Positions 19,631 through 31,341 of a stretch of DNA of 64,000 nucleotides are shown piece after piece. The number at the start of each line of letters is the position of its first letter. Positions within the stretch are counted from its first letter, which is position 1. This DNA comes from an uncultured Gammaproteobacteria bacterium (lineage in GTDB: Bacteria; Patescibacteriota; Microgenomatia; UBA10105; UBA927). The notes under the pieces were generated by a model. The model searched no databases and had not been told where the DNA came from. It worked only from the letters and a program-made list of their open reading frames with translations. Location of the stretch: NCBI GenBank assembly GCA_964639945.1, contig CAZXHY010000001.1, forward strand, positions 9,527 through 73,526. The letters are read 5' to 3'. Both the position numbers and the translations under genes were made by a program.

Positions 19631-20953
19631 ATGAATACCTACGAACCAGTTATCGGGATGGAGATACATGTAGAGCTCGCAACCCGAAGCGGCATGTTTT
19701 GTGGTTGTCCTGCGGACCATTTTGGCAAAAAGCCAAACACAGGAACATGTCCTGTGTGTTTAGGACTTCCTGGAGCGCTCCCTATCCCGAATAAAAAAGC
19801 GATTGAGTGGACGATTATGCTGGGATTGGCGATAGGATCTGACATAGCGGAGTTTTCTAAATTTGATCGAAAGCATTATTTCTATCCTGATTTGCCTAAA
19901 GGGTATCAGATATCTCAATATGACCAACCATTCTGTACCGGAGGAAAAATCTCTACGTCATTTGGCGACGTCCGTATTCGTCGCGTGCATCTGGAGGAAG
20001 ATACAGGCAAGCTGCAGCATGCTACGGTCGATGGCAAACGGGTGACCCTTGTAGACTTCAACCGCTCAGGTGTTCCGTTGGTTGAGATTGTTACAGAACC
20101 CGACATCCATAGTAGCGAGCAAGCCAAAGAATTTTTGAAAAAATTGCATCAAATCGTGCGATATCTAGGGATTTCCGACGCCGATATGGAAAAAGGTTCT
20201 ATGAGACTTGAGCCAAATATCTCTATACGAAAATCTGGTGAGAAAAAATTACCAGAATACAAAGTGGAAGTAAAAAATATTAATTCATTTCGATTTGCCG
20301 CTGCAGCTATAGATTTTGAAGTGGCACGTCATCAAGTGATTTTGGAAAGTGGAAAAATTCCTGTCCAAGAAACACGTGGATGGGATGAAGGGAAAAATGG
20401 TACGGTTTCGCAACGCATAAAAGAAGAAGCTGCCGATTATCGATATTTTCCTGAGCCAGATATTCCTCCATTGCGGTTTACTAAAGAGCAAATTACAACG
20501 ATCGGTAGGGCGATCCCAGAATTGCCCGAGGTAAAGCGAAAGCGTTTTATAAAAGAATTTTTACTACCAGAAGTAGACGCAGCGATTTTGACTGAGAGTC
20601 GAGCATTGGCTGAGTATTACGAGGAGGGACTTCGAGTGCTTATCGCAACCAAAGAGCCGCTCACCGCAAAAGACCTTGCAAATTGGTTGATAAATAAAAA
20701 AGTAAATATAGATGAGATAGTGCCCGCACAACTTGTAGAGTCTCTTGTTATCGCAAAAAAAGTAGTTGCTATATCCGACGAGGATGTATACAAGGTCATA
20801 GATGCAGTGCTTCTAGATAATCCTAAAGCTGTAGCAGACTACAAAGCAGGGAAAGAACCAGTTATTATGTTTCTTATGGGTAAGTGTCGAGGTCTTCTGC
20901 CAAAAGTCGACACTGCTATTATTATCAAGCTATTGCGATCACGATTAGTATAA
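19631..20953 (+). CDS. gatB: Asp-tRNA(Asn)/Glu-tRNA(Gln) amidotransferase subunit B
   Basis: 'YEPVIGMEIHVELATRSGMFCGC' canonical GatB N-terminus. 440 aa. Confidence 0.9.
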   Translation: MNTYEPVIGMEIHVELATRSGMFCGCPADHFGKKPNTGTCPVCLGLPGALPIPNKKAIEWTIMLGLAIGSDIAEFSKFDRKHYFYPDLPKGYQISQYDQPFCTGGKISTSFGDVRIRRVHLEEDTGKLQHATVDGKRVTLVDFNRSGVPLVEIVTEPDIHSSEQAKEFLKKLHQIVRYLGISDADMEKGSMRLEPNISIRKSGEKKLPEYKVEVKNINSFRFAAAAIDFEVARHQVILESGKIPVQETRGWDEGKNGTVSQRIKEEAADYRYFPEPDIPPLRFTKEQITTIGRAIPELPEVKRKRFIKEFLLPEVDAAILTESRALAEYYEEGLRVLIATKEPLTAKDLANWLINKKVNIDEIVPAQLVESLVIAKKVVAISDEDVYKVIDAVLLDNPKAVADYKAGKEPVIMFLMGKCRGLLPKVDTAIIIKLLRSRLV

Positions 20954-20958
20954 AATTT

Positions 20959-23900
20959 ATGGCAGATTTCGTACACCTTCATGTTCATAGCGAGTTTTCT
21001 CTCCTTGATGGTCTGGGAAAGTTAGATTTTTTGATTAATCGTGCCAAAGCACTTGGCATGAAAAGCCTCGCCCTCACCGATCATGGCGCGATGTATGGCA
21101 GTTTCAAGTATTATCTTAAAGCCAAAGCTGCAGGCATAAAACCAATTATTGGCGTTGAGACCTACATGGCCAAACGTAGTCGTCACGACAAGGAAGGCAA
21201 GATTGATACTGATCCATATCATTTGGTGCTTTTGGCAGAAAACAATACGGGGTATAGAAATTTGATGAAGCTTGTGACATTTGCGCATTTAGACGGGTTT
21301 TATTACAAACCGCGTATAGATTGGGACCTCCTTAAAGAACATCACGAAGGTATTATTTGTCTTTCGGCATGTATTCAGGGGCAAATTGCGCAGCTTTTGT
21401 TGGCTAACCTTGATAGCGAAGCAGAAAGAGTCGCGAAAGAATATTCCGAGGTGTTTGGAAAAGATCATTATTATTTAGAAATTCAAAAACATGTAAAAAT
21501 TCCACAGGTCGAAGCACTCAATGAAAAAATCGTAGCACTTTCCAGAAAGTGTGGTATTCCATTGGTCGCGACCAATGACGTGCATTATGTAAACCCTGAC
21601 GATGCTGAGGCTCAAGAGATATTGTTATGCGTGCAGACTCAACGCACAATCGTGGAAAAGAATCGACCGCTATCCATGATGGATTCGCCAGATTTTTATA
21701 TGCGAAGTAGCGAAGAGATGACAGAGCTTTTTGCTCAGTATCCTGAAGCGATATCCAACACGGTGAAAATCGCCGATATGTGTAATTTAGATCTTTCCGT
21801 CGGAAAATGGGTATTGCCTCATTTCCCAATTCCAGAAGGCGAAAAACCAGCAACCTTTCTAGAAAAAATGGTATATGAGCGAGTTTCGAAGCGATACCCC
21901 ACTGTGACGTCAGAAATCAAAGAGCGTATAGAGTATGAGCTGGGGATTATAAATAAAAAAGGATATCCTACGTATTTTTTGATCGTGCAGGATTTTATAA
22001 ACTGGGCCAAAGACAACGGTATAGGAGTCGGTCCTGGGCGCGGATCGGCTGCTGGGTCGATTATTTCTTATATCCTAAACATCACTGGTATTGATCCCTT
22101 ATATTTCAAACTTCCGTTTGAGCGGTTTCTCAATCCAGAACGCCCTAGCCCTCCTGATATAGACCTAGATTTTGCGGACGATCGTCGTGATGAAGTGATC
22201 GCCTATGTTACCAAGCGATATGGTGATGATAAAGTGGCTCAGATTATCACATTTGGTACCATGGAGGCTCGGGGTGCTGTGCGTGATGCAGGGCGGGCAT
22301 TGGGGATGCCGTATTCGGGTCCAGATCGAATATCAAAATTGATTCCCCCAGGGCAACAAGGCGCTTCTATGTCGATAGACAAAGCGCTTGATATATCTCC
22401 CGATTTGGCTACTGCGTATCGGACAGAAGTAGAGACCAAAAGGCTTCTGGACGTAGCGAGAAAACTTGAAGGCGTAGCGCGCCACGCATCTGTGCATGCG
22501 GCTGGAGTCGTCATTGCAGATAAACCACTCGTTGAATACACACCTCTTCAGAGAGAATCAAAGGGTGATCGTGTGATTACCCAATATGATATGTACACCG
22601 TGGGAGAAGATGGAGTGGGATTATTGAAAATGGACTTTTTAGGCTTGCGGAACTTAACCATCATGTCTCAGGCTTTGGCGTTTATCAAAAAGACGCAAAA
22701 CAAAGTTATAGATCTCTATGCGATTGCCTATACAGATAAAAAAACATACCAAATGCTTTCCGATGGGGAGACCACAGGCGTGTTTCAGTTAGAGTCTGCA
22801 GGGATGCGTCGATACATCAAAGATCTGAAGCCTACAACAATTTTTGATCTTATGGCCATGGTTGCGCTATTTCGTCCGGGACCTATGCAAGTGATCCCTG
22901 AGTTTATTCGCCACAAAAACGATCCAAAGAGTATCACCTATCCTGACCCCCGTTTAAAAGATGTATTGAAAGAATCCTACGGACTTATCTGTTACCAAGA
23001 TGACGTGCTGCTTACTGCGATAACGCTCGCTGGGTATTCTTGGGGAGACGCAGATAAGCTGCGAAAGGCAGTAGGAAAAAAGATCGCCTCGGAGATGAAA
23101 AAACAGCAGGAAAAATTTACCGATGGATGCGTGAAGAACGGTTTATCACGGGCCAAAGCAGAAGAAATCTTTCACCTTATTGAGCCATTTGCTGGCTACG
23201 GATTTAACAAAGCACACGCAGCGTGTTATGCCGTGATAGCCTATCAAACTGCGTATCTCAAAGCGAATTACCCTGTCGAATATATGACTGCAGTGCTTAC
23301 TGCTGAATCACGAGCAAACACAGGAGACACGAGAAATGAAAAAATAGCCATGATTGTGGCAGAGTGCAAACGTACAGGATTGACACTGCTACCTCCCGAT
23401 ATAAATAAATCAGATATAGAATTTTCTATAGAGAGTGGCAATATTCGATTTGGACTCTCTGCTATCAAAAACGTGGGTGAGGCGGCTATACAAAGTATAC
23501 TCGCCGCGCGCATCTCAGATGGTATATATCACGGATTATCGGACTTTTTAGCGCGAGTCGATGTGTCTAAGGTAAACAAAAAAACATTGGAAAGTCTTAT
23601 AAAAGCAGGTGCTATGGATGCATTTGGATCGCGGTCTGCGCTTTTGGCTGCTATCGAAGCATTTTTGGAAAATGCTCATCGCGTGCGTAAAGCACACGCA
23701 GCTGGGCAAACTGGATTATTTGATGTAGGAAAAACAGAAGATAAACCGAAAGAAACACTCCCTGCTGTTACGGAACTGAGTGAACAAGAATTGTTGTCTT
23801 TCGAAAAAGAGCTTCTTGGGTTTTATCTGACTGCACATCCGCTTGAGCGAGTTATGGCTACATTTACCGATACAGCCGGAAAGATCGTGCCTGTGGTCGA

Positions 23901-24180
23901 AGTTACCCGTGAGCGAGTGGGCGATCATGTTTCGATTCTGGGAACCGTGACACAAGTAAAAAAAATAGTGACCAAAAGCTCAGGCGCTGAGATGGCGTTT
24001 ATCCGTTTGGAAGATTTGACGGGGTCTATGGAAGTCGTAATTTTCCCGAAAATGTACGCCAAATCGGCGCATATGTGGGTACGGGATAGTGTTGTTATGA
24101 TAGGCGGGAAGGTAGACGAGAAAGAAGATCGAGTTACCATGCTTGCCGATGAAGCTCGAATTCTTTCATCTGCTGCCTGA
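20959..24180 (+). CDS. dnaE: DNA polymerase III alpha subunit (DnaE-type) with N-terminal PHP domain
   Basis: Begins MADFVHLHVHSEFSLLDG at ATG 20959, 5 nt after the gatB stop. The ORF track's upstream extension overlaps gatB and was rejected. ~1073 aa with a C-terminal OB fold. Confidence 0.9.
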   Translation: MADFVHLHVHSEFSLLDGLGKLDFLINRAKALGMKSLALTDHGAMYGSFKYYLKAKAAGIKPIIGVETYMAKRSRHDKEGKIDTDPYHLVLLAENNTGYRNLMKLVTFAHLDGFYYKPRIDWDLLKEHHEGIICLSACIQGQIAQLLLANLDSEAERVAKEYSEVFGKDHYYLEIQKHVKIPQVEALNEKIVALSRKCGIPLVATNDVHYVNPDDAEAQEILLCVQTQRTIVEKNRPLSMMDSPDFYMRSSEEMTELFAQYPEAISNTVKIADMCNLDLSVGKWVLPHFPIPEGEKPATFLEKMVYERVSKRYPTVTSEIKERIEYELGIINKKGYPTYFLIVQDFINWAKDNGIGVGPGRGSAAGSIISYILNITGIDPLYFKLPFERFLNPERPSPPDIDLDFADDRRDEVIAYVTKRYGDDKVAQIITFGTMEARGAVRDAGRALGMPYSGPDRISKLIPPGQQGASMSIDKALDISPDLATAYRTEVETKRLLDVARKLEGVARHASVHAAGVVIADKPLVEYTPLQRESKGDRVITQYDMYTVGEDGVGLLKMDFLGLRNLTIMSQALAFIKKTQNKVIDLYAIAYTDKKTYQMLSDGETTGVFQLESAGMRRYIKDLKPTTIFDLMAMVALFRPGPMQVIPEFIRHKNDPKSITYPDPRLKDVLKESYGLICYQDDVLLTAITLAGYSWGDADKLRKAVGKKIASEMKKQQEKFTDGCVKNGLSRAKAEEIFHLIEPFAGYGFNKAHAACYAVIAYQTAYLKANYPVEYMTAVLTAESRANTGDTRNEKIAMIVAECKRTGLTLLPPDINKSDIEFSIESGNIRFGLSAIKNVGEAAIQSILAARISDGIYHGLSDFLARVDVSKVNKKTLESLIKAGAMDAFGSRSALLAAIEAFLENAHRVRKAHAAGQTGLFDVGKTEDKPKETLPAVTELSEQELLSFEKELLGFYLTAHPLERVMATFTDTAGKIVPVVEVTRERVGDHVSILGTVTQVKKIVTKSSGAEMAFIRLEDLTGSMEVVIFPKMYAKSAHMWVRDSVVMIGGKVDEKEDRVTMLADEARILSSAA

Positions 24181-24202
24181 TAGAGACAACCAGAGTTTGT
24201 CG

Positions 24203-24232
24203 TTGACGAAGAGATAAAAGGCGAGATACAAT
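24203..24232 (+). promoter_or_regulatory. Candidate sigma-70-type promoter of the atp operon
   Basis: TTGACG (24203-24208), 18-nt spacer, TACAAT (24227-24232), about 25 nt upstream of the atpZ ATG. Confidence 0.45.
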
Positions 24233-24257
24233 TACGATAATTATTTAAAGGAAACAC

Positions 24258-24545
24258 ATGGGGGAACGGTACGATTTAGTGTTTGATAAAACAAAAACTC
24301 GTATAACCCCACGCACATTACCAGCGAAAAAGACTCGACGAGTACCGATACTTATGTATTTGGGAGGAGCAGGGGATATAGGATTTAGTTTTGCTATTCC
24401 ACTGTTGATTTCCTTATATATTGGATCAAAACTGGATGCATATCTAGGGACAAGACCATGGGCTGCCCTAGTATTTTTATTTCTTGGGCTTGTCGTTTCT
24501 GTCATAACCGTAGGCAAAAGAATACGGGATTTGATTCGCGCATAA
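24258..24545 (+). CDS. atpZ: AtpZ/AtpI-like small membrane protein of the ATP synthase operon
   Basis: 95 aa with two TM helices, located immediately upstream of atpB. Confidence 0.6.
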   Translation: MGERYDLVFDKTKTRITPRTLPAKKTRRVPILMYLGGAGDIGFSFAIPLLISLYIGSKLDAYLGTRPWAALVFLFLGLVVSVITVGKRIRDLIRA

Positions 24546-24564
24546 TGTCAGAAAGAATTTATTC

Positions 24565-25317
24565 ATGTTAGAAATATCATTAGCAGCTGAAAAGATTGGG
24601 TCTATTGGCCCGCTTCCTGTTACCAATTCATTACTGACTACATGGGTAGTTATGGCAATATTGGTAATTTTTTCCGTGCTAGCCACCAGAAAATTATCCA
24701 AAGTTCCGGGGAATCTTCAATCTATCGCAGAGGTAGCCGTTGGTGGATTGTATGAATTCTTTACCTCGGTGGTTGGTAAGAATGTAGCCCAATTTTTTCC
24801 TCTCATCGCTTCGTTGTTTATTTTTATTTTGATTTCCAACTGGATTGGGCTTCTTCCGGGAGTTGGTACCATAGGTTTCCATCATGAGCACGCATTTTTG
24901 CCATTATTCCGCGGTCCTATGGCAGACTTGAATGCAACCATAGCTTTGGCACTTGTGTCTGTTATTGCCATGCAATACTACGGGTTTAAAAATGTCGGCG
25001 CACATTACTCCACTCGATTTTTGAACTTCAAAGATCCAATTATGTTTAGCGTTGGTATTCTTGAGATTGCTTCTGATGTGTCGAAAATTGTTTCTTTTGC
25101 TTTTCGTTTGTTTGGAAACATTTTTGCAGGAGAAGTGTTGCTTGCCGTCATGGCGTTTTTGATGCCATTTTTGGTTCCATTACCCTTCCTTCTCATGGAG
25201 CTTTTTGTAGGACTTATACAAGCACTCGTGTTTTCTATGTTGACTGCAGCATTTTTCAAGCTCGCCGTAGAACACGGCGAAGAAGAGCATGGAGGGGGGG
25301 TGAGTTCGCATGGATGA
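24565..25317 (+). CDS. atpB: F0F1 ATP synthase subunit a
   Basis: Conserved 'FRLFGNIFAGEVLL' arginine-containing helix. Polytopic membrane protein. Confidence 0.9.
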   Translation: MLEISLAAEKIGSIGPLPVTNSLLTTWVVMAILVIFSVLATRKLSKVPGNLQSIAEVAVGGLYEFFTSVVGKNVAQFFPLIASLFIFILISNWIGLLPGVGTIGFHHEHAFLPLFRGPMADLNATIALALVSVIAMQYYGFKNVGAHYSTRFLNFKDPIMFSVGILEIASDVSKIVSFAFRLFGNIFAGEVLLAVMAFLMPFLVPLPFLLMELFVGLIQALVFSMLTAAFFKLAVEHGEEEHGGGVSSHG

Positions 25318-25537
25318 AGCATCAGTACGTTTAGTTATGACCGGTTTAACAGTGTCAATTGGTGGTGGTATGCCAGCATTGGCAATAGGTTTACTCGTGG
25401 GTAAAGCATTGGAAGCTATAGGGAGAAATCCTGAAGCAGCAAACGAAATCCGAACAAGTATGATTTTGGGAGTCGCGTTTGCAGAGGCAATCGCTATTTA
25501 CTCGCTCGTTATCGGTTTGATGATAAAATTTGTTTAA
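25310..25537 (+). CDS. atpE: F0F1 ATP synthase subunit c
   Basis: 75 aa hairpin proteolipid ('GLLVGKALEAIGRNPEA...FAEAIAIYSLVIGL'). GGAGGGGGGG RBS upstream. Confidence 0.9.
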   Translation: MDEASVRLVMTGLTVSIGGGMPALAIGLLVGKALEAIGRNPEAANEIRTSMILGVAFAEAIAIYSLVIGLMIKFV

Positions 25538-25543
25538 TATTAT

Positions 25544-25591
25544 TCACACGTGATTGCAGGCAAACAAATATTGTACCTGTATCACGTGTGA
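25544..25591 (+). other. Inter-cistronic stem-loop between atpE and atpF
   Basis: Perfect 11-bp inverted repeat tcacacgtgat (26 nt) atcacgtgtga, just upstream of the atpF RBS. No T-tract follows. Confidence 0.5.
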
Positions 25592-25603
25592 GGAAAGATA
25601 GTC

Positions 25604-26119
25604 ATGGAAAAATTAGGTATAGAACCAACATTATTAGTAGCACAAGCCGTAAATTTTTTTATCGTTCTCGTGCTTCTCAATAAGCTTTTGTACAAGCCAA
25701 TTCTTGCCATGCTTGCCAAGCGAAAAAAAGAGATCGAAGAAGGTCTCGCTCTGACGACCAAAATGAAAGAAGAGGAAGAGAAAATGAAGGTACGGGAAGA
25801 GAAGGCTATGGCCAAAGCGCGTGAAGAGGCGCTTGCCATCATTGAGACGGCCAAAAAACAAGCAAAAGAGGTCGAAAAAGAGTTAGTCGCAAAGGCGCAT
25901 GAACAAGCCGCAGCGGTTGTGGCTCGGGGCAAAGAAGAGGTAACAGAGCTAAAAAAAGAAGCGCAGGAGTCCTTACAAAAACAATCAGTTGAGCTTGCCG
26001 TTATTATGGCAAAGCGACTGCTTGCATCTGTGTTGACCGCTAAAGAACAGCATGCGGTGATTACAACCAGAGTAAAGGATTTGGAGAAATGGGCAGCCGA
26101 TCATAAAAATCGGGTATAA
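25604..26119 (+). CDS. atpF: F0F1 ATP synthase subunit b
   Basis: N-terminal TM helix plus a long charged coiled coil. Confidence 0.85.
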   Translation: MEKLGIEPTLLVAQAVNFFIVLVLLNKLLYKPILAMLAKRKKEIEEGLALTTKMKEEEEKMKVREEKAMAKAREEALAIIETAKKQAKEVEKELVAKAHEQAAAVVARGKEEVTELKKEAQESLQKQSVELAVIMAKRLLASVLTAKEQHAVITTRVKDLEKWAADHKNRV

Positions 26120-26137
26120 AATTTACAACGAAGTGTT

Positions 26138-26488
26138 ATGAAAACAACGACAAAAGATGCAAAAGGCTTTGTGACAGGAATCATGGATTATTTGCGCCGT
26201 GACGGCAAGGAGGTCCATGGGGTTCCTCGCGTGCAGACGTTGCTCAATAAAATGAGTTCGAATGCACGCAAAGAGCGACAAGCTACCGTCGAAAGTCCAG
26301 TGAGACTAACTGCGGGAGAAGAGCTTGCTATCGCTCGATTGTTGTCACGAGTTGTCGGACATGATGTCGCAGTAGATTCACGGCTCAATACTGATTTGGT
26401 TGCGGGTATCCGTATCCAAATGGCGGATTGGGTTGTCGATACGAGTTTTCGCGGTCAGCTTGAACAAATGGCCGCCATTTTGTCATAA
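26138..26488 (+). CDS. atpH: F0F1 ATP synthase subunit delta (OSCP), truncated form
   Basis: 116 aa, corresponding only to the C-terminal half of canonical delta ('[26 protein letters not shown]'). Correct operon position between atpF and atpA. Confidence 0.7.
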   Translation: MKTTTKDAKGFVTGIMDYLRRDGKEVHGVPRVQTLLNKMSSNARKERQATVESPVRLTAGEELAIARLLSRVVGHDVAVDSRLNTDLVAGIRIQMADWVVDTSFRGQLEQMAAILS

Positions 26489-26502
26489 CAGAAGGAACAG
26501 AT

Positions 26503-28011
26503 ATGAAATCAGATGTCTCATCACTCATAGCAAAAGAATTAATAAAAAAATTAGAAAATTTCGAGCCAAATGTATCTGCTCGTCGCGTAGGCTATGTGGT
26601 TTCTATCGCTGATGGAGTGGCGAAAGTGTCAGGGCTGCCGCATGTAGCATATTTGGAGCTTGTAGAGTTTCCAAATGGTTCAGCGGGCGTAGCTATTAAC
26701 CTCGAAGAAGAATCTGTGGGTATCATCGTACTCGGTGATTATCTATCGATAAAAGAAGGTGATGAAGTAAAAGGAACAGGCGAGCTACTTTCTATCCCAG
26801 TCGGCGAGGGGTTTTTAGGGCGTGTAGTAAACCCTTTGGGTCAACCAATTGACGGAAAAGCAGCAATTTCTACCAAAAAAAGATATCCGCTCGAAAAAAT
26901 TGCTTCTGGTGTTGTGCATCGTCAGGCAGTAAATACACCACTTCAAACAGGAATAAAAGCTGTGGATGCCATGATTCCGATTGGACGTGGACAACGCGAA
27001 CTTATTATTGGAGACAGAAATACTGGTAAAACAGCTATCGCAGTCGATACCATCATAAACCAAAAAGATCAAGATGTTATCTGTATATACGTAGCTATTG
27101 GGCAAAAAACAGCTCGTATTGCACAAGTGATTGCCGATCTTGAGAAACATGGCGCGATGGAGCATACGATCGTCGTTTCTGCCAGCGCTAGTGACCCTGT
27201 CACATTCCAATATTTGGCCCCGTATGCGGGGAGTGCAATCGGTGAGTACTTTATGGATAAAGGAAAAGACGTATTGGTTATCTTTGATGATTTATCCAAG
27301 CATGCGTGGAGTTATCGACAAATTTCATTGACCTTGCGTCGCCCATCTGGTCGAGAGGCGTATCCGGGAGATGTGTTTTATCTCCACAGTAGACTGCTTG
27401 AACGAGCGTGTCGATTATCAGCGGCTAAGGGTGGTGGCTCTATGACTGCGCTTCCGATTATCGAGACCCAAGCGTCAGACATGTCAGCATATATTCCTAC
27501 AAATGTTATCTCTATCACTGATGGACAGTTATATTTGGAATCAGATTTGTTTAATGCAGGGCAACGCCCCGCTATAAACGTAGGACTTTCTGTGTCTCGT
27601 GTAGGAGGATCCGCACAAATTAAAGCTATGAAAAAAGTGGCTGGAAATCTCCGCTTGGATTTGGCTCAATATCGAGATTTGGCTGCTTTTGCGCAGTTTG
27701 CAGCAGATGTAGATGAAACAACCAAGAAACAAATCGAGCGCGGTAGTCGCATGATGGAGCTTCTGAAGCAAGGTCAGTATCAGCCACTTTCTGTGTCTGA
27801 ACAAGTCGCGATCATGTGGGCAGGAGCAAACGGGTATCTCGATGATGTGCCAGTAACCAAAGTTATGGAATTTGAAAAACAATTCTTATCACTCCTTGGA
27901 AACAGGCACAAAAAAGCGCTTGCTGCTATAGCCAAAGAAAAAGTACTTTCTCCAGAAGTAGAAAAAGAATTAGAAAACGCTGTGAAAGATTTCAAAAAGT
28001 CGTTCAAATAA
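26503..28011 (+). CDS. atpA: F0F1 ATP synthase subunit alpha
   Basis: Walker A 'GDRNTGKT'. Full-length alpha. Confidence 0.95.
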   Translation: MKSDVSSLIAKELIKKLENFEPNVSARRVGYVVSIADGVAKVSGLPHVAYLELVEFPNGSAGVAINLEEESVGIIVLGDYLSIKEGDEVKGTGELLSIPVGEGFLGRVVNPLGQPIDGKAAISTKKRYPLEKIASGVVHRQAVNTPLQTGIKAVDAMIPIGRGQRELIIGDRNTGKTAIAVDTIINQKDQDVICIYVAIGQKTARIAQVIADLEKHGAMEHTIVVSASASDPVTFQYLAPYAGSAIGEYFMDKGKDVLVIFDDLSKHAWSYRQISLTLRRPSGREAYPGDVFYLHSRLLERACRLSAAKGGGSMTALPIIETQASDMSAYIPTNVISITDGQLYLESDLFNAGQRPAINVGLSVSRVGGSAQIKAMKKVAGNLRLDLAQYRDLAAFAQFAADVDETTKKQIERGSRMMELLKQGQYQPLSVSEQVAIMWAGANGYLDDVPVTKVMEFEKQFLSLLGNRHKKALAAIAKEKVLSPEVEKELENAVKDFKKSFK

Positions 28012-28021
28012 GAAAATTGTT

Positions 28022-28882
28022 ATGGCAAACATCCGGCTCATCAAAGGTCGCATTAAAACATCGAAAAACATCGCACAAATTACAAAAGCGATGGAACTTG
28101 TCGCAGCCGCAAAGATGAAAAAAGCCCAAGTGGCAGCGCTTGCGGGTAAACTATACGCAGGTAAAATTTATGAAATGGTTATGCGGTTAAGTCGTCGTAC
28201 GGATTACCGTAGTCATCCGCTACTTATGACTCCAGCACCTGCTGGCAAACGACTTGTGCTGCTTATTTCCACGAACAAAGGACTGTGCGGAGGCCTCAAC
28301 ACGAATCTTTTTCGATATGTGCTACAGCAATATCCAGACTTTAAATCTCATGATGTGATTACACTTGGGAAAAAAGGCGCTGATTTTGTCACAAGACTCG
28401 GAAAAACCGTGAAAGCTGATTTTTCGGAAGCGCTGGTATGGGAAAACACCGTGCCTGCAATTGTCGATGTATTGACTCGAGAATTTATATCGGGTCAGTA
28501 CGATGGTGTAGATGTGGTGTCTAATGAATTTTTATCAGTAGTGAAGCAGAATCCGCGAAAAAAAGCCGTGCTTCCTTTATCACTCGAACCTCAAGCCGTC
28601 GAGGTTTCTGAAGAAAAAGCGTATGATTTTGTCATAGAACCATCTGTAGAAGAAGTGTTTGACGCACTGCTCCCACACTATATAGAAAATCAAATTCGAG
28701 ATGCAGTGCTTCAAGCACGAGCAAGCGAATATTCTGCACAAATGATCGCGATGCATAATGCTACCGATAACGCAAAAAATTTGCAGCAAGAACTTACATT
28801 GGTATACAACAAGGCGCGTCAAGAAAAAATCACCTACGAAATAACCGATATGGTGACGGCGCGACTTGCCGTTGAAGTTTAA
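28022..28882 (+). CDS. atpG: F0F1 ATP synthase subunit gamma
   Basis: 286 aa. Typical gamma N-terminus (IKGRIKTSKNIAQITKAMELVAAAKM) and C-terminus. Confidence 0.9.
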   Translation: MANIRLIKGRIKTSKNIAQITKAMELVAAAKMKKAQVAALAGKLYAGKIYEMVMRLSRRTDYRSHPLLMTPAPAGKRLVLLISTNKGLCGGLNTNLFRYVLQQYPDFKSHDVITLGKKGADFVTRLGKTVKADFSEALVWENTVPAIVDVLTREFISGQYDGVDVVSNEFLSVVKQNPRKKAVLPLSLEPQAVEVSEEKAYDFVIEPSVEEVFDALLPHYIENQIRDAVLQARASEYSAQMIAMHNATDNAKNLQQELTLVYNKARQEKITYEITDMVTARLAVEV

Positions 28883-30304
<1,422 letters not shown>

Positions 30305-30313
30305 GGGTGACTT

Positions 30314-30742
30314 ATGAAATTTCACTTGGATATCATCACGCCCGAACGAAAAGCATTCTCAGAAGATGTGGATCAGATTTCTGTCGCTACACCAGACGGT
30401 ATGATTGGAGTATTGGCTCAGCATGAGCCACTTTTTACCTCTCTTTCTGACGGAGAGGTGAAAATCACGCAGGATGGTAAAGAGTTTTTCTTGGCGATTG
30501 GCGGGGGTTTTATGGAGGTGCGCCAAGACGGAACTGCTACTATTCTTGTATCTCGCGCGGTGCATGCCACAGAGCTAAATGAAGCCGAAATCAAAAAAGC
30601 CATGGAGTCTGCCAAGTCATTGGTAGCTCGAAAAGTGACTGGTGAGGAGCTCACCACGGCTCTTTCCACTCTTCGTCGTTCGTTGCTTGAACTAAAAGTC
30701 GCTCGACGACGCAAATCTACTCCATTCCCCGGACAGCACTGA
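30314..30742 (+). CDS. atpC: F0F1 ATP synthase subunit epsilon
   Basis: 142 aa in operon position. Beta-sandwich plus helical hairpin. Confidence 0.85.
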   Translation: MKFHLDIITPERKAFSEDVDQISVATPDGMIGVLAQHEPLFTSLSDGEVKITQDGKEFFLAIGGGFMEVRQDGTATILVSRAVHATELNEAEIKKAMESAKSLVARKVTGEELTTALSTLRRSLLELKVARRRKSTPFPGQH

Positions 30743-30756
30743 TATTTTCTAGGGCA

Positions 30757-30786
30757 TTGACAAGAAATTTAGATCGCGCGTATACT
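30757..30786 (+). promoter_or_regulatory. Candidate promoter for the CBS-domain gene
   Basis: TTGACA (30757-30762), 18 nt, TATACT (30781-30786), then AAAGGA and the ATG at 30811. Confidence 0.4.
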
Positions 30787-30810
30787 CTCTCAAAGGACCA
30801 AAATTTCCAT

Positions 30811-31302
30811 ATGCTAGTCGCAGAAATCATGTCCAAGACCATAGTAACCGTAAGCCGCGACACCCCTTTTAAAGACATCTGGAAGAAAATTTTCGTAAAA
30901 CGCATACATTCTATCCCTGTGGTTGATAACAAAAGTAAGCTTGTGGGACTGATTAGTCGAGAGGATTTGCTGAAATCTCTGTACCCTAAGTATCAGGATG
31001 TCATGGAAAATTTAGAAACCGCAGGGGATTTTGAGGCCATGGAAGCTCGAATGGAGGATATGAAGGGCTTAAAAGCTGGTGATTTGATGAGTAAAACTGT
31101 CATCTTCACTCGGGATTCTACACTCATTATGCGGGCACTCTCTCGTATGATAGTGAGGAATTTAGCCCAGCTTCCCGTTCTAGATGATCATGATACCGTG
31201 GTAGGTATCATCACCAAAGGAGATATTTTTTATTCACTCTTCCAAAATCATTTCGAGAAAAAGAAAAAGATAAAACGCACACCCGTAAAGAGAAAAGCCT
31301 AA
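30811..31302 (+). CDS. CBS domain pair protein
   Basis: Two CBS motifs (IMSKTIVTVSRDTPF...IHSIPVVDNKSKLVGLISREDLL; LMSKTVIFTRDSTL...LPVLDDHDTVVGIITKGDIF). Start moved to the ATG downstream of the candidate promoter; the ORF track's 30757 start would include the promoter. Confidence 0.75.
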   Translation: MLVAEIMSKTIVTVSRDTPFKDIWKKIFVKRIHSIPVVDNKSKLVGLISREDLLKSLYPKYQDVMENLETAGDFEAMEARMEDMKGLKAGDLMSKTVIFTRDSTLIMRALSRMIVRNLAQLPVLDDHDTVVGIITKGDIFYSLFQNHFEKKKKIKRTPVKRKA

Positions 31303-31341
31303 CGTGTTGACGCCAGACGCAGTTATGCGTTATCATAAACC

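Noticed and set aside
20884-20958. Upstream extension of the dnaE ORF overlapping gatB
   Set aside because: DnaE canonically begins with the PHP motif MADFVHLHVHSEF, at ATG 20959 directly after the gatB stop.
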